From: Candidatus Poribacteria bacterium
Lineage (GTDB): Bacteria; Poribacteria; WGA-4E; PCPOR2b
Reading direction: 5' to 3'
DNA length: 64,000 nt
Assembly (NCBI GenBank): GCA_965208675.1
Contig: OZ242351.1
Location: 736,001-800,000, forward strand
Made by a program: the position numbers and the translations under genes. This document shows positions 28,719 to 38,540 of the stretch, in pieces. Position 1 is the stretch's first letter. Every line of letters starts with the position of its first letter. The notes under the pieces are model-generated. The model saw nothing but the letters and a program-made list of their open reading frames with translations, was not told where the DNA came from and searched no databases.

Positions 28719-30050
28719 TCATTCAACGTCTTTTGCGTTCGAGGACCGGTAATTAATTCGCAAGGGTGTCCCGTTAAAGCCGAATGCCTTGCGGATACCA
28801 TTAATCAGATATGCTTCGTAGTGGTCAGGGATTTTTTTGGAGTGTCGAGCAAAAATCAGAAATGTCGGCGGTTTCGTTTTTATCTGCGTAATGTACTTCA
28901 ATGCGGGCCGTATTTTTCCAGCCCGCGGCGGTTGATGTTCATTCTTTAATCTCATCAACAAGTCGTTTAACTCATGTGTTGGCACCTCTGTGCAATACTC
29001 GTAATTTATGTCTAGACTGAGATTGAGTAGATTCGTTACGCGTTGACCTGTAATTGCGGAAACAAAAAGTAACGGCACATAAGAGAGTTGGGATAGCTGT
29101 GAGTAAATTGACTCGACAAATTCGTTGTGGGTTGAGTTGTCTTTCTCGATTAAATCCCATTTGTTGATAACCAAAATACACGCCTTTCCCTGTCGGGCGA
29201 TGTAACTAGCGATTGTTTTATCTTGACGCGCGATTTTACGATTGGCGTCCACAACCAACCACGAGATGTCACTCTGGCGAATACTGCGAATTGCTCGTTG
29301 AACGGTCGATTGCTCCAAATCGTCGCCAATAGTAGATTTCCGCCGCATCCCGGCTGTGTCAATCAGTTCAAAGGCGACATGGTTGTGCACAAAACTGATG
29401 TTGACCGCGTCGTGTGTAGTACCGGGACGTTCATCAACAATCATCCGCTCTTCCCCTAGAATTCTGTTAATTAGCGAGGATTTACCCACATTAGGGCGGC
29501 CTACGATGGCAACTTTTATAGCCTTTGAAGAGACCGTAGTATCTACGTCAGCCACCGGAAGCGCAAATACAACTCTATCAAGGAGATGACTGAGACCGTC
29601 ATTTTGCGTACATGATACGAAGAAATGGTTGTCGAATCCCAGCTCATAAAACTCTACCGCATTGGCTCTGAGTCGTTCATTATCGACTTTGTTCACAACG
29701 ACGAAAACCGCTTTCTCCGTTTGCCTGAGCGCGTTCGCAATATCCAGGTCCTGCGGCAACATCCCCGTCATCGCATCAACCACAAACAGAATGATTTTCG
29801 CTTCATTTAAAGCGACTTCTACCTGCACCTTAACCTTATCAATTAACGAATCTTCGGGAGCAAGCTCTAATCCGCCAGTATCTGCGATCGTGAAACATTT
29901 CTCCATCCATTCGACATCCGCATAGAGTCGATCTCTAGTCACGCCCGGCCGATCATGGATAACAGCAATCATTTTTTTGGCAATCCGATTAAAAAGTGAA
30001 GATTTCCCAACGTTTGGTCTGCCGACGATTGCAACAATGGGTTTTGGCAT
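28719..30050 (-). CDS. der: Ribosome biogenesis GTPase Der
   Basis: Two GRPNVGKSSL G-domains followed by the KH-like domain (PPTF, FGFNGTP). Confidence 0.97.
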   Translation of the reverse strand: MPKPIVAIVGRPNVGKSSLFNRIAKKMIAVIHDRPGVTRDRLYADVEWMEKCFTIADTGGLELAPEDSLIDKVKVQVEVALNEAKIILFVVDAMTGMLPQDLDIANALRQTEKAVFVVVNKVDNERLRANAVEFYELGFDNHFFVSCTQNDGLSHLLDRVVFALPVADVDTTVSSKAIKVAIVGRPNVGKSSLINRILGEERMIVDERPGTTHDAVNISFVHNHVAFELIDTAGMRRKSTIGDDLEQSTVQRAIRSIRQSDISWLVVDANRKIARQDKTIASYIARQGKACILVINKWDLIEKDNSTHNEFVESIYSQLSQLSYVPLLFVSAITGQRVTNLLNLSLDINYEYCTEVPTHELNDLLMRLKNEHQPPRAGKIRPALKYITQIKTKPPTFLIFARHSKKIPDHYEAYLINGIRKAFGFNGTPLRINYRSSNAKDVE

Positions 30051-30077
30051 GATTACCGTCCCTTTTTGAATGCAAGC

Positions 30078-32297
30078 TCACTCTTGCGCCTCTGCTTGTG
30101 CGCTCAAATTCATCTTTTTTGAGACGGTCAGCATTGACTTGATTACAACTATGGCTGGAAAGGCGAGGAGCACTCCCCAAAACCCGAACACTGTTGCACC
30201 GAATATTACGGCGAACATAATCACCATCGGGTCGACATTTATGGCTCTGCTCATGACTTTGGGTGAAATTAGCGAGTTATCAATCGCTTGAATACCAAAA
30301 ATCGCGCCTAACAATACTGCAATCCGGAATAGCAATCCAACCGAATCAAAATCACCCGCGGTGAATCCCATTAGGAGCGAGAGAATGGCGACGCCGCCTC
30401 CGATAAATGGACCAAAAGTAGGAATAGCATTGCACAGACCCGCGAGTAATCCAATGACCAGTGCGAACGGCACACCGATGATTGAATACACCGCTACTGA
30501 AATGATACCGATGATAAAACTAACGGCAACCTGTCCCCGCAAGAATGACTCCATAGTACGGTTTATCTCTGACAGATATAACCTTACCGTAGTGCGATGC
30601 CTATCGGGAAACAGGTTTACCAAGTCTTGTGTATATCGGTTGAACGCTTGGCCCGCGTAAATGAAGACAATGAGCGCTAAGAACACCGTCGCTAAGAATC
30701 TGCCGAAACCGACAGCAATAGTTGAGAATCGCGTGACAAATTTCACGATTGATTCACCGACTGTGCGCGCCAAAGTAGAAAATCTTTCGGTTAACTCATC
30801 TTGCAACCAAATGGCAAAATTCTTCCCTCCTACAGTTTTGAGTAGCTGACTGTCGTTCAGATCTGCGAGGACGCCCCGTTTCGCACTCACACCTGTGAAT
30901 AGCCAATCAGCAGGAGTGGTACTGCGATAGATTCCGCGGCGATTACTTGCATACATCGTACCTTGTTGAGGCAGCGAAGCCAACAGTGGAACTGCAGACG
31001 AAGTCGACTCGAGTGACGGCTCGATTGGTTGCCACTTTGCGTGATTCTGCAAAATTCGGAGCCTAATTTTCGACATCGTCTCGTCTAAATGAGCGTTCAA
31101 GTCGAACAGCCACTCATAAATCCCGTTCAATGTCCCCGCATAAAGCCGTTCATGTGCTACAGCGAGCGCATGAATTTCCGCATCGCCTAGTCCTGCCGGT
31201 GTAATGGGCGTCCAAGTCTTACCTTCGTCGACACTTCGATACACGCCTAAATTTGAAGCAATAAATACGGATTTTGCACCCTTGGCCGAACAGGCAACAC
31301 TCAATATGGAAATTTCTCCTTGAGACACTCCGGCATATTCATCAACACGAACCTCCTCCCAAGTTGCGCCGCGATCGGTGCTAGAATAAAGTCCAGTGTC
31401 AGTTCCCACATAAAGTTGCGCGAGATTCCATGAGGGTATTGCAATCGCTTGAATAGATTTTCCAGCGAAAGCGTCTGTTCCGATCTGTACCCACGTGGTA
31501 ATGTCTGTTTCCATATTGTCCGTGGTTTTAGGTACATACAACCCCTGTGCCGTGCCTACGTGGATCTGATGGTCGCCTGTTCCTACAGCAACCGCTTGAA
31601 TGGACTGTCCAATCAAAACTCCCCCGGTTATGTCCTCAGGCCGGTTCTTACCATCCTCAAAGCGGTAGATACCGTGTGTTGTTCCGAGGTAAACGATGTT
31701 CGAACCGTCAGGTTGGCGGTGAACGGCAACGGCATGGTATTCGTTGCCAATAGCGAAGGGCAACATGTGGTTGTAGAATCTCACCAATCCGCTAACCATG
31801 TCCCTCGATTGCCTGCTGACTTGTGGAATAATGTACAGTAGTAACAGAGTGAACGCACCAAGAGTCAGGGCAGTTAGAACCACACGGGCTGTCCTCCGAG
31901 ACAGATGCAAACGCCTGCCCCGTGTCAGCGGAAGGTCCTGTATCGTATTGAGCAAAAATCGGAAGAAGTAAGCGAATCCAAAGCCTAGTATGAATGGTAA
32001 CAAGATTGTCGACAAGTTTATGAACAACCAGATACTTACCATGGCGAGGAGGACTTTGACTACGCTCTTGACCTCTACTTGCCGATAGATTGAGGACAGG
32101 AGAAATATAAGCAGCATGGGAACCACAGGATGCAATAGCAGAATCTTTTCCCCACCCGAACCTTTTCCCTCTGGACCGATTAAGTAGGCAAACGCAACCC
32201 ACCCCGCGGCAAGCACAACGGTGATAACCGCATAGACGGAACTGTTAGTCGTCCCTTCGTTTGAGTGTGACTTATCGCCAGGGGAACTGTTCGTCAT
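30078..32297 (-). CDS. AI-2E family transporter with an inserted Asp-box beta-propeller
   Basis: AI-2E motifs (FLRGQ, NAIPTFGPFIG, QAIDNSLISPKVM, GFWGVLLAFP) plus an insert with SSTDRGATW and SVDEGKTW. Confidence 0.85.
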   Translation of the reverse strand: MTNSSPGDKSHSNEGTTNSSVYAVITVVLAAGWVAFAYLIGPEGKGSGGEKILLLHPVVPMLLIFLLSSIYRQVEVKSVVKVLLAMVSIWLFINLSTILLPFILGFGFAYFFRFLLNTIQDLPLTRGRRLHLSRRTARVVLTALTLGAFTLLLLYIIPQVSRQSRDMVSGLVRFYNHMLPFAIGNEYHAVAVHRQPDGSNIVYLGTTHGIYRFEDGKNRPEDITGGVLIGQSIQAVAVGTGDHQIHVGTAQGLYVPKTTDNMETDITTWVQIGTDAFAGKSIQAIAIPSWNLAQLYVGTDTGLYSSTDRGATWEEVRVDEYAGVSQGEISILSVACSAKGAKSVFIASNLGVYRSVDEGKTWTPITPAGLGDAEIHALAVAHERLYAGTLNGIYEWLFDLNAHLDETMSKIRLRILQNHAKWQPIEPSLESTSSAVPLLASLPQQGTMYASNRRGIYRSTTPADWLFTGVSAKRGVLADLNDSQLLKTVGGKNFAIWLQDELTERFSTLARTVGESIVKFVTRFSTIAVGFGRFLATVFLALIVFIYAGQAFNRYTQDLVNLFPDRHRTTVRLYLSEINRTMESFLRGQVAVSFIIGIISVAVYSIIGVPFALVIGLLAGLCNAIPTFGPFIGGGVAILSLLMGFTAGDFDSVGLLFRIAVLLGAIFGIQAIDNSLISPKVMSRAINVDPMVIMFAVIFGATVFGFWGVLLAFPAIVVIKSMLTVSKKMNLSAQAEAQE

Positions 32298-32533
32298 ACG
32301 GGAGTTCTGAATACCTTTTTTTCAGGTGTGTTTCAAATGAGCGGAGTGGTACTATTGCATTCTGAGCCGACGTTAAGCGAACAACGCCGCAATCAAAGTC
32401 AAGCAGATTGCGGCAAAAAATGGCACAACCCTGGCCATCACCTAGAGTGTGACTAGAAGTAGCCATTATGGAATCGAAGTTCCTAACAACGCCTTTTTTA
32501 ACCGCAACAGATAGGACGAATTTAGAAACTCAT

Positions 32534-34144
32534 TTAGGCGGTAGCGGCCTCACGTTCCGAAGTACCACCGTTTTCGAGTGTCTCGACAACGCCAGCACCA
32601 ACGCTGTCGCCCCAAACATTGACCGTCGTTCGGAATCGGTCTAGCAACCAATCGATTGTCAGAATAAGCCCAATCCCTTCAATCGGCAGGTCGACGGCTC
32701 TAAGGACAATAACCATAGTGACAAGCCCAGCCTCGGGAATCCCGGCGGCGCCAATTGCCGCGAGGGTAGCTGTCAGAACAATAACTGTCTGTTCTGCTGG
32801 TCCGAGGTGAATTCCGTACACCTGCGCGATAAACATCGCGGCAACTGCTTCATAAAGGGCGGTTCCGTCCATGTTAATCGTAGCGCCGAGCGGCAGGACA
32901 AAACTTGCAGTTCGGTTTGAAACCTTATTTTCCTTTTCGACATCCCTCATGGATAACGGCAGCGTCGCAGAAGAGGAGGCCGTCGAAAAAGCGTTCAATA
33001 GCGCGGTACTCATGCCCTTTGCGTACCTTAGTGGATTCCTTCGTGCAATTATTAACAGGATAAGTGGCAATACAACAAAACCGTGTACTCCAAGTCCAAA
33101 CACGACGGTAAAACTATACTTACCGACCGCCATCAGCTCGGGCAGGAAATCCTTAAATCCGCCAGCGTGACCAATACGCCCGGCGACGAGTCCAAAGATG
33201 CCGACGGGGGCGAGAACCATAATCCAGTGCACCAATCTCATCACCGCCTCATTCAAGCCCGAAATAACGCTTATAGCGGGGCGGCCTTGTTCGCCGAGAA
33301 TTGAAAGTGCAGCGCCAATCAATAACGAGAAGAAGATTAGTGGCAAGATATCCATTCGTGCCATTGCGTTGAAGACGTTGTTAGGAATCATTCCTTCTTT
33401 TCCTGTCGATTTGTCTCCAAGCAGCACCTCTTTTAGCGTTCCACCCATATCCCGTTCTTCTTTACCCTGGACTTCTTGCGCAACGGGCAATTTTATCTCA
33501 AGTCCTCTTCCATTCTTCGATAATACAGGATCGGCGGAAACTACTTCTCCGTTCACACGGCGGAACGGCAGATGCTCGCCGCTATCTGTTGCAATATGGA
33601 ACACGCCTTCTGCCCTATTTTTCCAAGATTTCACCGTCGCGGAATTTTTAGTCATGGATTCGATTTCGCCCTCTACTAGTTGATCAGGCAGCCTCAGGAC
33701 GTATTTTTCACTATAACGTGTCCTTTTCCAATGACCGTCTATCAGATTGACGGTACGGTTACCATCACCGCCAAGGGTATACGCCAACTCTGGATTCTTT
33801 TCGCCGTGTGAGATGCCTTTACCGGGTTGAACGATGTTGACCAGAATAATGCCAATCAAGACCGAAATTGCGGTAGTCGCCATATAGTAGAGAACTGTGC
33901 GCCCACCGATGGACCCAAGGTTACGTATATCGCCCAAGCCAGTAATCCCAACAACCATTGAGAGCATGACAAGCGGAACGACAATCATCTTCAGTGCGTT
34001 TAAGAAAATCTCACCGAGAATGGAGGTTTTTGCAGCAATATTGGGCAGCCAACCACCGATTATTATTCCGACGACAATGGCGACTATGATGCCAATGAGG
34101 ATTTTGTGTCCTCCGCTATTTTCGGAATGTGCGTCTTGATTCAT
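32534..34144 (-). CDS. Dicarboxylate/amino acid:cation symporter (GltP/SLC1 family)
   Basis: Motifs FSTASSSATLP, GATINMDGT and DWLLDRFRTTVNVWGD. Confidence 0.93.
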   Translation of the reverse strand: MNQDAHSENSGGHKILIGIIVAIVVGIIIGGWLPNIAAKTSILGEIFLNALKMIVVPLVMLSMVVGITGLGDIRNLGSIGGRTVLYYMATTAISVLIGIILVNIVQPGKGISHGEKNPELAYTLGGDGNRTVNLIDGHWKRTRYSEKYVLRLPDQLVEGEIESMTKNSATVKSWKNRAEGVFHIATDSGEHLPFRRVNGEVVSADPVLSKNGRGLEIKLPVAQEVQGKEERDMGGTLKEVLLGDKSTGKEGMIPNNVFNAMARMDILPLIFFSLLIGAALSILGEQGRPAISVISGLNEAVMRLVHWIMVLAPVGIFGLVAGRIGHAGGFKDFLPELMAVGKYSFTVVFGLGVHGFVVLPLILLIIARRNPLRYAKGMSTALLNAFSTASSSATLPLSMRDVEKENKVSNRTASFVLPLGATINMDGTALYEAVAAMFIAQVYGIHLGPAEQTVIVLTATLAAIGAAGIPEAGLVTMVIVLRAVDLPIEGIGLILTIDWLLDRFRTTVNVWGDSVGAGVVETLENGGTSEREAATA

Positions 34145-34419
34145 TTGCTAATCTCCAATGTTGACCCCTGAGGGTACAGTGTGAGTTATAATTATTCGCG
34201 GCGTGACCACACTTGCATCGCCCGCTATAATTATACTATTTCCATCGCCTTCTGAAGTTAAAGTCGGACAAGATCGTAGGTTTTGTCCAACGGAAGCGAC
34301 ATTTCAACCAAAGAAACCGATTTTCGCGGAAGGCTGTAGCGGCCGACAAGGTGACTGGCACCTGTCACTCCGGTGAGCCTATGACGTATCGGAATATACT
34401 TCTTATACACCCTTACACA

Positions 34420-35076
34420 TCCTTATATACGCCTTAGAACCTGTTTGAAAAGTCCAAATCCGTCTACCGGACAAGCAATTTTGGGGTAATTGCCTTGAAA
34501 TTCCGATGATTATTGCCCTGAAATGACCAAAAAACGGCTCTGCTACATACATTTCAAACAGGTTCTAAACCACGGTTTTTTTACCTGGTAGCCATTTTAG
34601 ATTGGTTTTCCCGTTATGTGTTGTCATGGGAACTGTCACACTCACTTGATGTATTATTTTGTCTATTGGCTCTGGAACGAACCCTTACTCAATCAAATCT
34701 TTTAATCTTTAACAACGACCAAGGTAGGCAGTGTTCTTCCGAGGCGTTTACTGCTAGACTTGAGGCATCTAACATTGCCATTAGCTGGAACGGCAGAGGC
34801 AGCTATTATGACAATATCTTGATTGAACGACTCTGGCATGGTGTCAAGTATGAGGAGGTATATCTCAACGGCTATGACTCAATGAACACGGCTCAGCGTC
34901 GATTAAGAGATTATTTTAACTTTTACAACCGAGAACGGTCTCATCAATCGATCGGTTGCCGTACGCCCTTCGAGGTGTATTTTCACTAACTTCAGGCGTT
35001 GAAATTTGACCAGAATTAGTCGGACTTTATTGCTTAAATTTCGTGGAATACTGTTTAACGGACGGGGGTAATTTAT
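34420..35076 (+). pseudogene. IS3-family integrase (rve) remnant, interrupted by a MITE
   Basis: YIRL|...YLVAILDWFSRYVLSWELS, NDQGRQ, DNILIERLW..VKYEEVY and YN.ER.HQSIG..TP, followed by an IS3-like right-end sequence. OrfA is absent. Confidence 0.8.
34437..34565. mobile_element. 129-bp MITE with IS5-type terminal inverted repeats
   Basis: GAACCTGTTTGAAA ... TTTCAAACAGGTTC, flanked by TTA and TAA. The TIR differs by one base from that of the IS at 48313. Confidence 0.85.
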
Positions 35077-35156
35077 CTGTGACGCCGCTTGTTTTGCTTT
35101 TCTTTCTCAATTCGACATTCAAAACTATATCGCAACAGTGACTCCAGGGCTAAACG

Positions 35157-35918
35157 CTAATGTTGCAACGTCTGTGAGATGAAGAGTTTTGTGCGTTCGT
35201 GCTTTGGGTTATCAAAGAACTCCGCAGGGGGGGCTTCCTCTACAATCATTCCTTCGTCGAAGAATAGGATTCGATCTGCGACTTCACGTGCAAATCCCAT
35301 TTCGTGCGTAACAACAAGCATTGTCATACCGGAGTGTGCGAGTTCACGCATCACATCAAGGACTTCTGTGATCATTTCGGGGTCGAGTGCGCTTGTCGGT
35401 TCATCGAAAAGCATTATCTTTGGCTCCATCGCCAACGCTCTAGCGATTGCGACACGCTGCTGTTGTCCACCAGATATTTCTGCGGGGTACTTGGACGCTT
35501 GATCCGCAATATCCACCCGTTCTAGAAGTGATAAGGCCATTTCTTCTGCCTCACTCTTCGACATCTTTCTGACTCGGATCGGCCCTAAGGTTATATTTTG
35601 TAGGTTCGTCAGGTGCGGAAATAGGTTGAATTGTTGAAAAACCATACCGACTTCTTGACGGATAAGATTGATTTTACGGAGGTCGTCACTGAGCTCTACG
35701 CCATCAACGATAATTGTGCCGCGCTGATGTTCCTCCAATCGGTTTAACGATCTGATGAATGTCGATTTCCCTGATCCAGAGGGACCGCATATTACGGCTC
35801 TTTCGCCTTTTTGGAACGAAGTCGTAATTCCCCTGAGGACGTGGAAATCGTCAAACCATTTGTGTACATCCTCACAGGTGATGATTGGATCGTTCGATGC
35901 GTTTTCAAGATTAGCCAT
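35157..35918 (-). CDS. Amino acid ABC transporter ATP-binding protein (AapP/BztD-like)
   Basis: Motifs [16 protein letters not shown] and [12 protein letters not shown]. Confidence 0.95.
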   Translation of the reverse strand: MANLENASNDPIITCEDVHKWFDDFHVLRGITTSFQKGERAVICGPSGSGKSTFIRSLNRLEEHQRGTIIVDGVELSDDLRKINLIRQEVGMVFQQFNLFPHLTNLQNITLGPIRVRKMSKSEAEEMALSLLERVDIADQASKYPAEISGGQQQRVAIARALAMEPKIMLFDEPTSALDPEMITEVLDVMRELAHSGMTMLVVTHEMGFAREVADRILFFDEGMIVEEAPPAEFFDNPKHERTKLFISQTLQH

Positions 35919-35936
35919 CTCTTTATATTCCTTTTT

Positions 35937-36053
35937 AATAGCCGTCAGCCGTTAGCAATCAGTTGTCAGCCAGAGAGGGTTTTGGAAATTTTAAGAGTTT
36001 GTAACGGGCGCGACAATCTACTGACTACTGAATGCCGAGAATTGATGGCTATT
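35937..36053. repeat. Intergenic imperfect inverted repeat made of heptamer units
   Basis: AATAGCCGTCAGCCGTTAGCAATCAGTTGTCAG ... CTGACTACTGAATGCCGAGAATTGATGGCTATT (33-nt arms). Confidence 0.65.
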
Positions 36054-36054
36054 C

Positions 36055-37263
36055 CTAAGTTTTTCCAACACCGAGTGATGTCTCGATTTGTTGGCTCACA
36101 TAAGACATCAAATAACAGAATACAAAATAGATTACCGCGACGAATAGGTATACTTCAGCTTGAAGTCCAAGCCAGTCAGGATTGGCAATAACGATTTTCG
36201 CTATGCCCAAAAGATCCAGCAGACCGACAATTGTAACGAGAGATGTATCCTTGAAAAGTGCTATGAATTGTCCAACAATCGCGGGTATGACTGACCGAAG
36301 TGCTTGCGGTAGGACGATAAACAGTGTTGACTGCACGTAGTTGAGTCCTAATGCTTGTGCTGCCTCATGTTGCCCTTTCGGAATTGCTTGAAGTCCACCT
36401 CGCACGTTCTCCGCCATGTAAGCGGCGGAGAAAAATGTTAGTGCCAACATGGCACGTAAGACTTTGTCGAGACGAACATCCGGCATGAAAATGGGAATCA
36501 TAATTTGTGCCATGAACAGAATTGTTATTAACGGCACGCCGCGAATTATCTCAATATAGGCAATCGAGACCCATTTGACAGCCGGTAAAGTGCTCCGCCG
36601 TCCTAATGCCAGCAGGACTCCGATAGGAAAACAGAAGCAGATACCGACAGCCGCCAAAATTAGCGTCAGAAGGAGTCCACCCCAATTCGTAGTGGGAACA
36701 GCGTTCTCGCCGAAGCCCCGTAGCATTATCAGCGTCCAAGGAAAAGAGAGTATCCATCCCACGAGGACCCAATGGCGCATTTTGAGTAAAAAGTCTCGAC
36801 AACGGATCCCAACGAAAAATAGAACTGCGATCAAGGCTACGCCGCCCAGTATCCACCCTCGAGTTGTCCAACTGAAGGTTGTCATGTCAACCGGCAGAAG
36901 GGTACATACGATTCCGGCCCCTCCAATACTGACGGCAAATCTGAGTGCCAGTCCACCCCAAATGCCGCCGCTTAGCCCCGCCAAGACACATACCGTATAA
37001 AGCACAATCCAGACCCGCCATATTTCGGTTTTCGGATAAGGACCGACTAAAAAGAGTCGCAGGTTGGCAGGGATAACATCCCAATTTGCATCTGTGAATG
37101 CCCAAACCAAAATCCCCTTCAGGACAAAGTACACAATGCCCAAGGCGAAAAGGGTTAATAAGGTGTTGTACCATGTACTAAAAAGGTTTTCCTTAAGCCA
37201 CGGCAACACCGCTTTTGAGCTATGAGGTGGTTTAACTTCTTGCGTATGTTCTAACTCAGACAC
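36055..37263 (-). CDS. Amino acid ABC transporter permease (AapM-like)
   Basis: Motifs WLKENLFSTWYN, IRGVPLITILF, AENVRGGLQAIPKGQ and FKDTSL. Confidence 0.93.
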   Translation of the reverse strand: MSELEHTQEVKPPHSSKAVLPWLKENLFSTWYNTLLTLFALGIVYFVLKGILVWAFTDANWDVIPANLRLFLVGPYPKTEIWRVWIVLYTVCVLAGLSGGIWGGLALRFAVSIGGAGIVCTLLPVDMTTFSWTTRGWILGGVALIAVLFFVGIRCRDFLLKMRHWVLVGWILSFPWTLIMLRGFGENAVPTTNWGGLLLTLILAAVGICFCFPIGVLLALGRRSTLPAVKWVSIAYIEIIRGVPLITILFMAQIMIPIFMPDVRLDKVLRAMLALTFFSAAYMAENVRGGLQAIPKGQHEAAQALGLNYVQSTLFIVLPQALRSVIPAIVGQFIALFKDTSLVTIVGLLDLLGIAKIVIANPDWLGLQAEVYLFVAVIYFVFCYLMSYVSQQIETSLGVGKT

Positions 37264-37293
37264 TTTTTGGTGTTCCTTTTACCTGTTGCCCTG

Positions 37294-38448
37294 TTATCGT
37301 CCAATACGGTTAATCCAGCGGTTGTACCAATTCATGCCCGCCGATGTTGTCAAGCTCATGATTAGGTAACTCACCATAATCATAGCGAACACAGGTATAG
37401 ATTGCCCCGTTTGAAGCATCATAGTATGACCGATACTAAACATATCAGGGAACCCAATCGCAATCGCTAAACTTGAGTTTTTGGCGAGGTTCAAATACTG
37501 GCTGGTGAGCGGCGGTACGATAATCGGGACCGCTTGGGGCAGAACGACTAAGCGTAATGTTTGTCCTTCACTTAAACCTACCGCTCTAGCTGCTTCTCGT
37601 TGTCCCTTTACAACGGCTTGTATCCCGCTTCTCACGATTTCGGCGATGAATGCGCCTGTATAAACAGACAGCCCGATTAAAAGTGCAGAGAACTCGGGGG
37701 ACAGGTTCACTCCCCCGACAAAGTTGAAACCCTTCAAAACCGGAAAATCGAGCGTAAATGGCTTTTCAGGTGTTAGAAACCATCCCAAAATGGCTACGAT
37801 TAGAAAGCCGGGAAGCGCCCACTTGGCTCGAAAGCCGGGGCGTTCTAACCGTCGAAGTTGCCGCCAGCGCACGATGTAAAGAACTGCTGCCAAGATTAGA
37901 CCTGCGAGAAGGAATCCGCTCCATATTTTCAAGCTAGCAGTAGGTTCAGGTGAGGGGAAATAGAGCCCCCGTTGATTAATGAACACACCTCCGGCTAGTG
38001 ATATGCTCTCTCCGACTCTCGGGAGTTTCAGGATTACAGCACTGTACCAAAACAGTATTTGAAGGAGGAGTGGAATGTTGCGGAAACATTCAACGTAAAC
38101 GGCGGCTAAGGTTCGGATTAACCAGTTGCTGGAGAGGCGGGAGATGCCGGCAATAAACCCCAAAATCGTCGCGCAAATAATTCCTATGAAACTCACCTTT
38201 AGGGTGTTTACCACGCCCACCCAGAACGCTTTGAGGTACGTTTCTGAGGGTGAATATTCAATCCCTTCAGAGATGTCAAAACCGGCTTCATTCCCCAAAA
38301 AGTCAAGGTTGAGCGTTAACCCGAGCTTGCTCAACCCTCTTAACATGTTTGTGTAAAGAAGCCCCGCCAGCAGAACGACGCCTATAAGGAAAAGGATTTG
38401 GAGCAGCACACGCAGGACGCGGACATCTCGCCAAAAGGGAATGTTCAT
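37294..38448 (-). CDS. Amino acid ABC transporter permease (AapQ-like)
   Basis: Motifs RLSSNWL, FRNIPLLLQ, AFIAEIVRSGI and YLNLAKNSSLA. Confidence 0.93.
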   Translation of the reverse strand: MNIPFWRDVRVLRVLLQILFLIGVVLLAGLLYTNMLRGLSKLGLTLNLDFLGNEAGFDISEGIEYSPSETYLKAFWVGVVNTLKVSFIGIICATILGFIAGISRLSSNWLIRTLAAVYVECFRNIPLLLQILFWYSAVILKLPRVGESISLAGGVFINQRGLYFPSPEPTASLKIWSGFLLAGLILAAVLYIVRWRQLRRLERPGFRAKWALPGFLIVAILGWFLTPEKPFTLDFPVLKGFNFVGGVNLSPEFSALLIGLSVYTGAFIAEIVRSGIQAVVKGQREAARAVGLSEGQTLRLVVLPQAVPIIVPPLTSQYLNLAKNSSLAIAIGFPDMFSIGHTMMLQTGQSIPVFAMIMVSYLIMSLTTSAGMNWYNRWINRIGR

Positions 38449-38476
38449 AGGCTATTATAGTGGTGCCATGGTTTCT

Positions 38477-38508
38477 GATGAATACCTCAGTTGGCTGAGG
38501 TATTCATC
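38477..38508 (-). terminator. Perfect 14-bp hairpin between the binding-protein and permease genes (attenuator or mRNA stabiliser)
   Basis: GATGAATACCTCAG-TTGG-CTGAGGTATTCATC, without a strong U-tract. Confidence 0.6.
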
Positions 38509-38540
38509 CGGTTATTTTCTTCTCTATGAGCAGTTTGCCC

